Origin: Acidothermus cellulolyticus 11B
Lineage (GTDB): Bacteria; Actinomycetota; Actinomycetes; Acidothermales; Acidothermaceae
Assembly: GCF_000015025.1 (NCBI RefSeq)
Contig: NC_008578.1
Span: 1,620,001-1,652,000 of the forward strand
DNA: 32,000 nucleotides
Direction: 5' to 3'
The position numbers and the translations under genes are program-made. Below the pieces are notes generated by a model, which worked only from the letters and a program-made list of their open reading frames with translations, made no database searches and was not told the DNA's origin. Of the stretch, positions 1 to 7,229 are shown piece by piece. The first letter of the stretch is position 1; each line of letters begins with the position of its first letter.

Positions 1-1500
1 CAGGGCCCCACTGCGCTGCAGCAACAGGGCTATCAACTGGCGAACCAACAGGCCCAAGCGCAGGTCACCCAGGCGAATCAGCAGCTTGCCAACGCCAACC
101 AGGCCCTGCAATTCGACGAGCAGAATCTCGCAGCAGCCGTCACCAAGGCGCAGCAACAACTGCAGCAAGCGCAGGCGCAACTCGCGGCTGACCAGCAGAA
201 GTACACGACCGACAGTCAGAGCCTCGCCCAAGCCGTCGACCAGGCGCGCAATCAAGCTGCCCAGCAACTCGGAATCGACCAGGCACAACTCAACGCCGAC
301 ACCTTGCAGCTCCAGAACGACACCGCGAAGGAGCAGACGGATTGCCAAGCATCCTCCCCCGCCTGCCCAGCCGATCAGCTCGCCGTCGCGCGGGACCAGG
401 TAGCGGTCGCCAACGATCAAGCCAAAGTGGCGGCGGACGGCTCACCGACGGACGATTACTCAGAGGCCACGGTCGTGCAGAACGCCCTCCAGAACGAACA
501 AGCGACCCTGGCCAAGGACCAGCAGACAATCACCAGCGATCAGCAAGCGGTCAGCAACGCGAGCGACGCAGTCGCCGCTGCGCAGACCGCCGAACAGCAA
601 GGCATCGCAAAGGACAAGCAAGCCATTGCAGCCGCTCAGCAGCAGGTGGCGAACGCGCAGCTCAACGCGCAAATCACCGAGAACAGCAACGCTCAGAAGA
701 CTGCGCCGCCGCTCGCGTCGGACGTCGACAGCGCCGAAGCTGCCGTGGAACAAGCACAATCTCAGGTCGACACCGCTCAGCAGGCGCTCGACGCGACAAC
801 GCTCACCGCGCCGGCCGACGGCACGATCGGAGCCATCAACGGGTCGGTGGGTGAGACGATCAGCGGCGGCAACACGGCCAGCATTACCGCCTCCACGGCG
901 AACAGCAGCTCCAGCGGCTCGGCCGTCGCTGCCTTCATCACCTTGACCAACCTGACGAATCTTCAGGTCGTCGCGAATATCGATGAAGCGGACGCCGCGA
1001 AGATTCACACCGGCTCCCCGGCGACCGTGACGCTCAACGCCCTGCCGGGCAAAGAATTTTCGGCGCACGTGCTCGAAGTCGCCGACACGGCGACCGTCGC
1101 CAACAACGTCGTGGAGTATCAGGTCACTTTCTCCCTAGATCAATCGGATCCCGCGGTGAAACCCGGAATGACCGCCAATGTCACCGTGGTCACCGCCGAG
1201 GCGGACGGCGTCCTCAACGTCGCGTCAGCGGCGGTGCGCAGTGCGGGTGGCGATTCCTACGTCATGGTCGTCGGGCCGAACGGCACGGAGCGTCGAGTGG
1301 ACGTCGTCGTCGGCTTGAAGGGTGATACCACAACGGAAATCTCCGGTCCGCTTCAGGCTGGTGACGTCGTCGCCCTGCCTACCGTCACGCGGACCACGAC
1401 AAGCTCGACGTCGACGACGACGCGTGTCCCGGGGCTCGGGGGCGGCTTCGGAGTCGGTGGCGGTTTCGGCGGCTTCGGCGGGGGCGGAGGCCGAGGATGA
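1..1500 (+). CDS. HlyD/MacA-family membrane-fusion (periplasmic adaptor) protein; 5' end lies outside the window
   Basis: Frame 1 is open from nt 1 with no stop before 1498-1500, so the TTG at 304 in the ORF track is not the true start. The first ~265 aa are Q/A-rich helical sequence. HlyD hallmarks follow: LTAPADGTIG strand, VVANIDEADAAKI...PATVTL beta-barrel, and the VMVVGPNG..RVDVVVGLKGD membrane-proximal domain. The stop overlaps the ATG of the ABC ATPase (ATGA). Confidence 0.8.
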   Translation, partial: QGPTALQQQGYQLANQQAQAQVTQANQQLANANQALQFDEQNLAAAVTKAQQQLQQAQAQLAADQQKYTTDSQSLAQAVDQARNQAAQQLGIDQAQLNADTLQLQNDTAKEQTDCQASSPACPADQLAVARDQVAVANDQAKVAADGSPTDDYSEATVVQNALQNEQATLAKDQQTITSDQQAVSNASDAVAAAQTAEQQGIAKDKQAIAAAQQQVANAQLNAQITENSNAQKTAPPLASDVDSAEAAVEQAQSQVDTAQQALDATTLTAPADGTIGAINGSVGETISGGNTASITASTANSSSSGSAVAAFITLTNLTNLQVVANIDEADAAKIHTGSPATVTLNALPGKEFSAHVLEVADTATVANNVVEYQVTFSLDQSDPAVKPGMTANVTVVTAEADGVLNVASAAVRSAGGDSYVMVVGPNGTERRVDVVVGLKGDTTTEISGPLQAGDVVALPTVTRTTTSSTSTTTRVPGLGGGFGVGGGFGGFGGGGGRG

Positions 1501-2261
1501 CGGCGGGCGGAGAACCACCGGTCATCCGGCTGTGGCGGGTGACGAAGACGTACGGCAGCGGGGCGGCCCGCGTCCATGCCCTGCGCGGTGTTTCACTGGT
1601 CGTCCAACGCGGCGATTACGTCGCCATCATGGGCGCCTCCGGTTCGGGCAAGACGACGCTGATGAATATCCTCGGCTGTCTCGATTCCCCGACGTCCGGG
1701 CGCTACCTTCTGGACGGAATAGACGTCGACGTGATGGACGACGACGAGCTCGCCGCCGTACGAAATCGTCGTATCGGATTTGTTTTCCAGAGCTTCCACC
1801 TTCTCCCGCGATTGACGGCACTGCAGAACGTCGAATTACCGCTCACCTACGCCCGGGTTCGTCGTGCCGAACGGCGCCGCCGTGCGGTAGCCGCGCTCCA
1901 TGCGGTGGGTCTGGCGCACCGCCTGGGGCACCGGCCGGCCATGATGTCCGGCGGTGAACGGCAACGAGTTGCCGTCGCTCGGGCCATCGTCGTCGATCCA
2001 TCACTGGTTCTCGCCGACGAACCGACCGGGAACCTCGATTCAGCAGCGACCGCGGAGGTTTTGGAGCTGTTCGCCCAGCTGAACGAGGTGGGTCGCACCA
2101 TTGTGCTCATCACCCACGAAGCGGATGTCGCCCGCCACGCCAAGCGCATTGTGCGGGTGCGTGACGGCCGGATCGTGGACGACGTCCGCATCGCGCCGCT
2201 CGCCGGACCACCGCCCCGGCCGGGACTTCCCGGCCACCGTGCCGTGGGGAGCATCCCGTGA
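1497..2261 (+). CDS. ABC transporter ATP-binding protein, MacB/LolD/FtsE type
   Basis: Walker A GASGSGKTT, ABC signature MSGGERQRVAVARA, Walker B LVLADEPTGNLD, H-loop LITHE. ATGA overlap with the upstream gene and GTGA overlap with the downstream permease. Confidence 0.93.
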   Translation: MTAGGEPPVIRLWRVTKTYGSGAARVHALRGVSLVVQRGDYVAIMGASGSGKTTLMNILGCLDSPTSGRYLLDGIDVDVMDDDELAAVRNRRIGFVFQSFHLLPRLTALQNVELPLTYARVRRAERRRRAVAALHAVGLAHRLGHRPAMMSGGERQRVAVARAIVVDPSLVLADEPTGNLDSAATAEVLELFAQLNEVGRTIVLITHEADVARHAKRIVRVRDGRIVDDVRIAPLAGPPPRPGLPGHRAVGSIP

Positions 2262-3490
2262 TCCGCCTCGAGCACATTCGTATCGCCGTTGCGGGCATCG
2301 GGCATAACATGCTCCGCTCTGCGCTCACGATGCTGGGCATTCTCATCGGGGTCGCCTCGGTCATCATTCTCGTCGCCGTCGGCACCGGCTCATCGGCGAC
2401 GATCCGGCGCACGATCGAAGGTCTCGGTACCAACCTGCTGCAAATCAACCGGCAATTCGCGTTCGGCGCGTTCGGCAGAGCGAGCGCCGGAACACTCTCC
2501 CGGGCGCCCAGTTTGACCGCAGCCGACGTCGCCGCGCTCTCCGACAGGAACCAGAATCCCGATATCGTCGCCGTCGCCCCGGTCGTCAACGTTCCAAACG
2601 TAACCGCGGTGTACCAAGGCGTGTCCTATGCGCCGTCCTCATTCGTCGGCACCACGCCGAGCTACCAGCAAATCAAGGACTATCAGGTGGCGGAGGGCAG
2701 CTTCTTCACCGCAGCGGACGAATCACAACACGACAGAGTCGCCGTCATCGGCCAGACCGTCGCAACGAACCTCTTCGGGAACGCCGACCCGGTCGGCAGC
2801 AATGTCCAGTTCAACGGGGTCACCTTCCAGATCATCGGACTGCTGGCGGTGAAAGGCACGAACGGCGCCCAGGATCAAGACGACGTCGTCATCGCACCGC
2901 TCACGGCCGTACAGGACACGCTGACCGGTTACTCCTCGTCGTATTCAAGCATCGTCGTGGAAGCTGCTTCCCCGGAGCGACAAGCGGCCGCGCAAGCGGA
3001 AATCACCGCAACGCTTGAGTCCACGCACCATATCGCCCCGGGCGGCACCGATGACTTCCGAATTCTCAACCAGGCAAGCCTGCTGCAGACGACCCAGTCG
3101 TCAAGCCGCGTGTTCACGTCGCTGCTCGGCGCGGTGGCGGCGATCAGCCTCCTGGTCGGCGGCATCGGCGTCATGAACATCATGCTCGTCACCGTTGCGG
3201 AGCGGACAAGAGAAATCGGCATTCGCAAGGCGATCGGCGCCAAGCGATCCGATATCATGGCGCAGTTCGTCGTCGAATCCGTGCTGCTGTCGGCGTTCGG
3301 CGGCCTGCTCGGTGTCCTCGTCGGCGTCGGCGGAAGCCGATTCACCATCCTCGGTATCCATCCGCAGGTGGCGACGTACTCGATATTTCTCGCGTTCGGT
3401 GTCGCGGTCGCGACCGGTTTGTTCTTCGGTCTGTATCCCGCGAGCCGGGCATCCCGACTGCTTCCCGTTGACGCCCTTCGTTACGAGTGA
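2258..3490 (+). CDS. ABC transporter permease, MacB-like (MacB periplasmic domain plus FtsX domain)
   Basis: N-terminal TM (LRSALTMLGILIGVASVIILVAV), a ~230-aa extracytoplasmic domain, and a C-terminal FtsX-type TM bundle (GGIGVMNIMLVTVAERTREIGIRKAIGAKRSDI). GTG start in a 4-nt overlap with the ATPase stop. Confidence 0.9.
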   Translation: MIRLEHIRIAVAGIGHNMLRSALTMLGILIGVASVIILVAVGTGSSATIRRTIEGLGTNLLQINRQFAFGAFGRASAGTLSRAPSLTAADVAALSDRNQNPDIVAVAPVVNVPNVTAVYQGVSYAPSSFVGTTPSYQQIKDYQVAEGSFFTAADESQHDRVAVIGQTVATNLFGNADPVGSNVQFNGVTFQIIGLLAVKGTNGAQDQDDVVIAPLTAVQDTLTGYSSSYSSIVVEAASPERQAAAQAEITATLESTHHIAPGGTDDFRILNQASLLQTTQSSSRVFTSLLGAVAAISLLVGGIGVMNIMLVTVAERTREIGIRKAIGAKRSDIMAQFVVESVLLSAFGGLLGVLVGVGGSRFTILGIHPQVATYSIFLAFGVAVATGLFFGLYPASRASRLLPVDALRYE

Positions 3491-3491
3491 A

Positions 3492-4136
3492 ATGGACCAT
3501 GCCATGACCGATGAGACCATGCAACCGACACCGGCAATCAGTGACGAAATCTCTTCTGACGAACCCCCGCCGCCGCCGATGACACCGCGGCGCCGTAAGC
3601 TGCCTGTGCTCACCATGGCACTTGGCATCGCCGCGGCGATTGGTGTCGGTTTCGTCGCGGGCGTTCAGGTGGAGAAACATGACATCACCCCGACCGCGGC
3701 AAGCCGCGCCACCGCGAACACCGCCGGGTCGGCGAATCTCCCCAGCACTGCGCCGTCCGCCGGCGTCGGTAGGTTCGGCGGCGAAGCCGGCGGGAATGGA
3801 AGCGGAGCAACCACCGTGGTCGGCACGATCAGCATGGTGAACGGAACGACCCTTTACGTCACGCAGACCGCGACCGGCAACACGGTCAAAGTCACGACAA
3901 CGACGGGGACGACGGTCACCCGAACCGTCACGGGAGCCGTGCACGACCTCTCACCCGGGCAGACCGTGATCATCCGGGGAGTTCAGACGAGCGACGGCGT
4001 GTATGCCGCGCAGTCGATTGCGCAGACCAATGGCGCCTTCTCGGGCGGGTTCGGTGGTTTCGGCGGTTTCGGTGGCTTCGGCCGCGGTGGGCGTCGCGGC
4101 GGCACAACGCCGAGCCCGTCCGCATCCGCCGGCTGA
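3492..4136 (+). CDS. Small single-pass membrane protein with an extracytoplasmic Thr/Val-rich beta domain and a Gly/Phe-rich C-terminal tail (function unknown)
   Basis: The ATG at 3492 lies 1 nt after the permease stop; the upstream part of track ORF 3195..4136 overlaps the permease out of frame. TM segment LPVLTMALGIAAAIGVGFVAGV. Beta-rich segment VVGTISMVNGTTLYVTQTATGNTVKVTTTTGTTVTRTV...GQTVIIRGVQTSDGVYAAQSI, reminiscent from memory of DUF5666-type OB-like domains. Tail GGFGGFGGFGGFGRGGRRGG. Confidence 0.65.
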   Translation: MDHAMTDETMQPTPAISDEISSDEPPPPPMTPRRRKLPVLTMALGIAAAIGVGFVAGVQVEKHDITPTAASRATANTAGSANLPSTAPSAGVGRFGGEAGGNGSGATTVVGTISMVNGTTLYVTQTATGNTVKVTTTTGTTVTRTVTGAVHDLSPGQTVIIRGVQTSDGVYAAQSIAQTNGAFSGGFGGFGGFGGFGRGGRRGGTTPSPSASAG

Positions 4137-4231
4137 CTCACGCCGCGGGCGGACGAATTCCGGTCAGGTGACGGCCGGTTCACCCGCCCGAGTGGCATTG
4201 GCCGATGTTCCCGCGACGACGACCGCTGCCG

Positions 4232-5305
4232 TCAGGCGCCGGAATGACCGACCGGCGCCGGCAGCGAGACAACAGTGCGCTCGGCATGAGACCGGCGTGC
4301 CGCTTCCAGAATTCGCAGTCCTGCGACCGCGTCCCACGGATCGACCGGCATCGCACCCTGACCGCGGAGCGCGTCCACGAGCTGGGCGTAGAACGCGGGA
4401 TACGCCCCCGGAAGCGTCGGAACCGATTCGGCGGCAGACGGCGTTCCGATCCGGCCCCACGTCTGCTCCGGCTCCACCCCCCAATCCGGCGCGGCCGGAT
4501 TTCCTCCGCTGCGAAGCGCTTCCTCTTGTCCGTCAAGGCCGTATTTCACATAGGCTCCCGTGGAACCCAGAACCCGGAAGCGTGGGCCCAGATCACTGGC
4601 GACCGCACTGGCCCAGAGGTGACTCCGCACGCCGTTCGCATGGGTGAGGGCGAGAAAGACGTCGTCGTCAGCGGTCACGCCGTCCCGGCGGCGATCCACC
4701 TGGGCATAGACCTCGGTGACCGGCCCGAAGAGCTGCAACGCTTGGTCAACCAGGTGGGAGCCTAGGTCATAAAGGAGACCGGCGCCCTCGGCAATATCGC
4801 CGATTTCCCGCCACCCTCCCTTCGGATGCGGCCGCCACCGCTCGAACCGTGACTCGAAACGGGTCACCGTGCCGAGACGTCCGCTCTCGACGAGCATCCG
4901 CACGGTGCGAAAATCGCCGTCCCACCGGCGGTTGTGAAAGACCGTGACCGGAACACCCTCCTGCTCCGCCGCGGCAATAACGGCTTCGCCCTCTTCCACG
5001 CTCACCGCGAACGGTTTGTCGACAACGACGGGTACGCCGGCGTGCACCGCGGCACGGGCATGCTCGGCGTGGAAGCGATTGGGACTCGCGACGACAACGA
5101 CGCCAAGCTCAGCGGCGCCCTCGAGAAGCTCCGAAACGCTCGATACGACACGGGCGTCGTATGTGGCGCGTACCTCGTCCGCCCGCACCGGGTCGCGGGT
5201 GACAACGGCCGCCAGCCGTAATCCGGGAGTCGCGGCAATCAGCGGCGCGTGGAAAACCGAGCCGGCAAGACCGTAACCGATGAGACCAACCGCGAATTCT
5301 GCCAT
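4232..5305 (-). CDS. Gfo/Idh/MocA-family NAD(P)-dependent oxidoreductase
   Basis: N-terminal Rossmann motif MAEFAVGLIGYGLAGSVFHAP, then VVDKPFA and a typical C-terminal alpha/beta domain. The start is set at the internal ATG (5303-5305), which gives the canonical N-terminus. The 66 Arg-rich codons upstream in the track ORF are judged non-coding. Confidence 0.85.
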   Translation of the reverse strand: MAEFAVGLIGYGLAGSVFHAPLIAATPGLRLAAVVTRDPVRADEVRATYDARVVSSVSELLEGAAELGVVVVASPNRFHAEHARAAVHAGVPVVVDKPFAVSVEEGEAVIAAAEQEGVPVTVFHNRRWDGDFRTVRMLVESGRLGTVTRFESRFERWRPHPKGGWREIGDIAEGAGLLYDLGSHLVDQALQLFGPVTEVYAQVDRRRDGVTADDDVFLALTHANGVRSHLWASAVASDLGPRFRVLGSTGAYVKYGLDGQEEALRSGGNPAAPDWGVEPEQTWGRIGTPSAAESVPTLPGAYPAFYAQLVDALRGQGAMPVDPWDAVAGLRILEAARRSHAERTVVSLPAPVGHSGA

Positions 5306-5364
5306 GCCGAAATCCTGCCTCACGCCGCACCGTCGATCCGCGCCGGCCCGGGTCTCGCAACGGA

Positions 5365-5886
5365 TCAGACGGCCCGAGACACCCCTAGCCCACCCCGGGT
5401 GGTCGCACCGTAACGGCGAATTTCCGCGTCGAGATCGAGCGGGCGAATCTGCCGACGCGCTTCGCGCGCCGCGTCGTCCAGCAAAGCCGCGGGAATGAGC
5501 CACACCACTTCGAATTCCAGGCCGTCGGGATCCCGGGCGTACAGGCTCTTCGTCGTGCCGTGGTCGGCTGTGCCGACCAGCGCACCCGTGCGGGACAGCC
5601 GCTCAGCCAAATCAGCCAGGTCCTCCAAGGTGTCGACCTCCCAAGCCAAGTGGTAAAGGCCGACCGTGCGGCGTCCGGCAAGGGACGGCCCGGCTTGCGG
5701 GCCGACCTCGAAGAGACCAAGGTCGTGATCATTCGTCGAACCGGGGGCGCGCAGAAACGCGGCGCCGTCGAAATGGTCGGGTGTCATGTCGACCGTGGTG
5801 AAGCCCAGCACCTCGGTATAGAACTGGACGCTGGCCGCCAGGTCACGGACGAAGAGCACCGCGTGATTCAACCGATGAATGGCCAT
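5365..5886 (-). CDS. VOC (glyoxalase/bleomycin-resistance/extradiol dioxygenase fold) family protein
   Basis: IHRLNHAVLFVRDLAASVQFYTEVLGF plus a second beta-alpha-beta-beta-beta module (GLYHLAWEV...SLYARDPDGLEFEV). ATG at 5886 is preceded by AGGTGA. GTG at 5895 is an alternative start. Confidence 0.85.
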   Translation of the reverse strand: MAIHRLNHAVLFVRDLAASVQFYTEVLGFTTVDMTPDHFDGAAFLRAPGSTNDHDLGLFEVGPQAGPSLAGRRTVGLYHLAWEVDTLEDLADLAERLSRTGALVGTADHGTTKSLYARDPDGLEFEVVWLIPAALLDDAAREARRQIRPLDLDAEIRRYGATTRGGLGVSRAV

Positions 5887-5940
5887 GAGCGTCACCTGAT
5901 TCGAACCATTGTGTTGACCGACGACCGCAGGGAGGTCGAG

Positions 5941-7149
5941 GTGTCACGAAGCCGGCATCTGCCGTCGAGCCTACGCGCCGTCGCGGCGGTACTCATTCTG
6001 TTCGCCGCTGGCTGTTCGAGCACAGCCGTTCACCCGGCCGAATCCGCCGCTAGCAGCGCCCGGCCAACTGACCTGCCGTCGGTCGAGGCGGACGCCGCAC
6101 CGTCCGCCGGCCCAGGCGCTGCCTCAGCGGTGACGGACGCCTCGGTCCCGCCGACATTTGCGGCGTCCAAACGCGAATTCCCGGTCGCCTACGAGTACGT
6201 CGGACACCTCTCGTTCGACGGAAGCCTGGCGGTGTTTGCCGGGGCATCCCAGGTGACCGCCCCGGCGAACCTTGTCGTCGTCCTCGACCTGCGCAGCGGA
6301 ACGACCCGCGTCATCGGCCGGGCCACCGTCCCCGGCGGGGTCATCGCCGGAATTGCCGTCGGCGGCCGGTACGTCGCGTGGACGGAAGCCGCGCAACCGG
6401 GGGACACCGCCCAACCGACTGCCCCGTGGCGGCTCCACCTCACCGACCTCACCACCGGCACCACGCGGACGCTCGCGGCAAGCGGAAGTCCGCGTGATGT
6501 CGTCGTGCCGGCGCCCACCATCGCCAGGACGACGGTGCTCTGGCAGCGAATGCACGACCCGGCCGCCTCAGCGGACGCTCAGCCGCAGAGCGACGTCGTC
6601 CGGTACGACATCACGACCGGGACGACGGACGTCATCGCCACCGTCCCGGCCGCAGACACCTGGCGCGTATCGGATGGATGCGTCGTCGCCGTCCATCCGG
6701 CGGGTGGAAGCCAAACGACCCTCTCCGTAGCGCCGCTGGCATCCCCGACGCATGGCCAGATGCGGGTCCTCGACGTTGGCGATCCGTACGTCACGGTGGC
6801 GAATGGGTGGGTGGTGTGGCACGAGCGCAGCGGCTCTGCGCAAGCAACCGCTCCGTGGTCTGCCCTACGGGTCACGCCGAATTGCACGGTTGACGGCGAC
6901 GCCCGCCGCGTTGCGGACTCGGCCCGGAATGTCGTACCAGGCGCGGACGTCGCGGCAATCGTCGATGCTGATGGACAGCTTTCGGTCGTACGATGGGCGG
7001 ATTCGCCTGGGACGGGTACGGTCGTCGCCCGCCGCGTGCTTGGCCGTCTGGATCCGTCGGAGGCGTACGAGGTCGCCGTCCAGGACGATCAGATCTGTTA
7101 CGTCAGCGGCCACGAGAATTACGCCGTGATCGTGGCAGCCGCCGGCTGA
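5941..7149 (+). CDS. Putative lipoprotein, beta-rich (possibly propeller-like), function unknown
   Basis: GTG at 5941 with GGAGG 5 nt upstream. Lipobox LILFAAGC|SS. Recurrent G..V.W/..TTGTT.. strand-like repeats. The 5' part of track ORF 5560..7149 is antisense to the VOC gene and was discarded. Confidence 0.7.
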   Translation: MSRSRHLPSSLRAVAAVLILFAAGCSSTAVHPAESAASSARPTDLPSVEADAAPSAGPGAASAVTDASVPPTFAASKREFPVAYEYVGHLSFDGSLAVFAGASQVTAPANLVVVLDLRSGTTRVIGRATVPGGVIAGIAVGGRYVAWTEAAQPGDTAQPTAPWRLHLTDLTTGTTRTLAASGSPRDVVVPAPTIARTTVLWQRMHDPAASADAQPQSDVVRYDITTGTTDVIATVPAADTWRVSDGCVVAVHPAGGSQTTLSVAPLASPTHGQMRVLDVGDPYVTVANGWVVWHERSGSAQATAPWSALRVTPNCTVDGDARRVADSARNVVPGADVAAIVDADGQLSVVRWADSPGTGTVVARRVLGRLDPSEAYEVAVQDDQICYVSGHENYAVIVAAAG

Positions 7150-7166
7150 GCGTGGTGGTCCCAGCG

Positions 7167-7229
7167 CACCCGCACCCTGCGGCGTCTGTCACCCGCACCC
7201 TGCGGCGTCTGTCACCCGCACCCTGCGGC
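7167..7229. repeat. Tandem 23-bp direct repeat (2 full copies plus a 17-nt partial copy), each unit carrying the hairpin CCGCA-CCC-TGCGG
   Basis: cacccgcaccctgcggcgtctgt occurs at 7167-7189 and 7190-7212, then cacccgcaccctgcggc at 7213-7229. The last copy encodes the final codons and stop of the minus-strand acyltransferase gene. Confidence 0.9.

Noticed and set aside
4146-4190. Possible bidirectional terminator between the convergent genes ending at 4136 and 4232 (cgggcgg ... ccgcccg, 7-bp stem).
   Set aside because: The loop is ~31 nt and there is no U-run on either strand. This is too weak to call as a feature.
5560-5940. N-terminal extensions of track ORFs: 5560..5940 of the lipoprotein ORF, 5306..5503 of the oxidoreductase ORF, 3195..3491 of the small membrane protein ORF, 21568..21651 of the PPOX ORF, 22395..22547 of the LLM ORF, and 24292..24441 of the lipoprotein ORF.
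   Set aside because: The extensions overlap neighbouring real genes or are Arg-rich. Internal starts give canonical family N-termini, signal peptides, RBSs or stop/start coupling.
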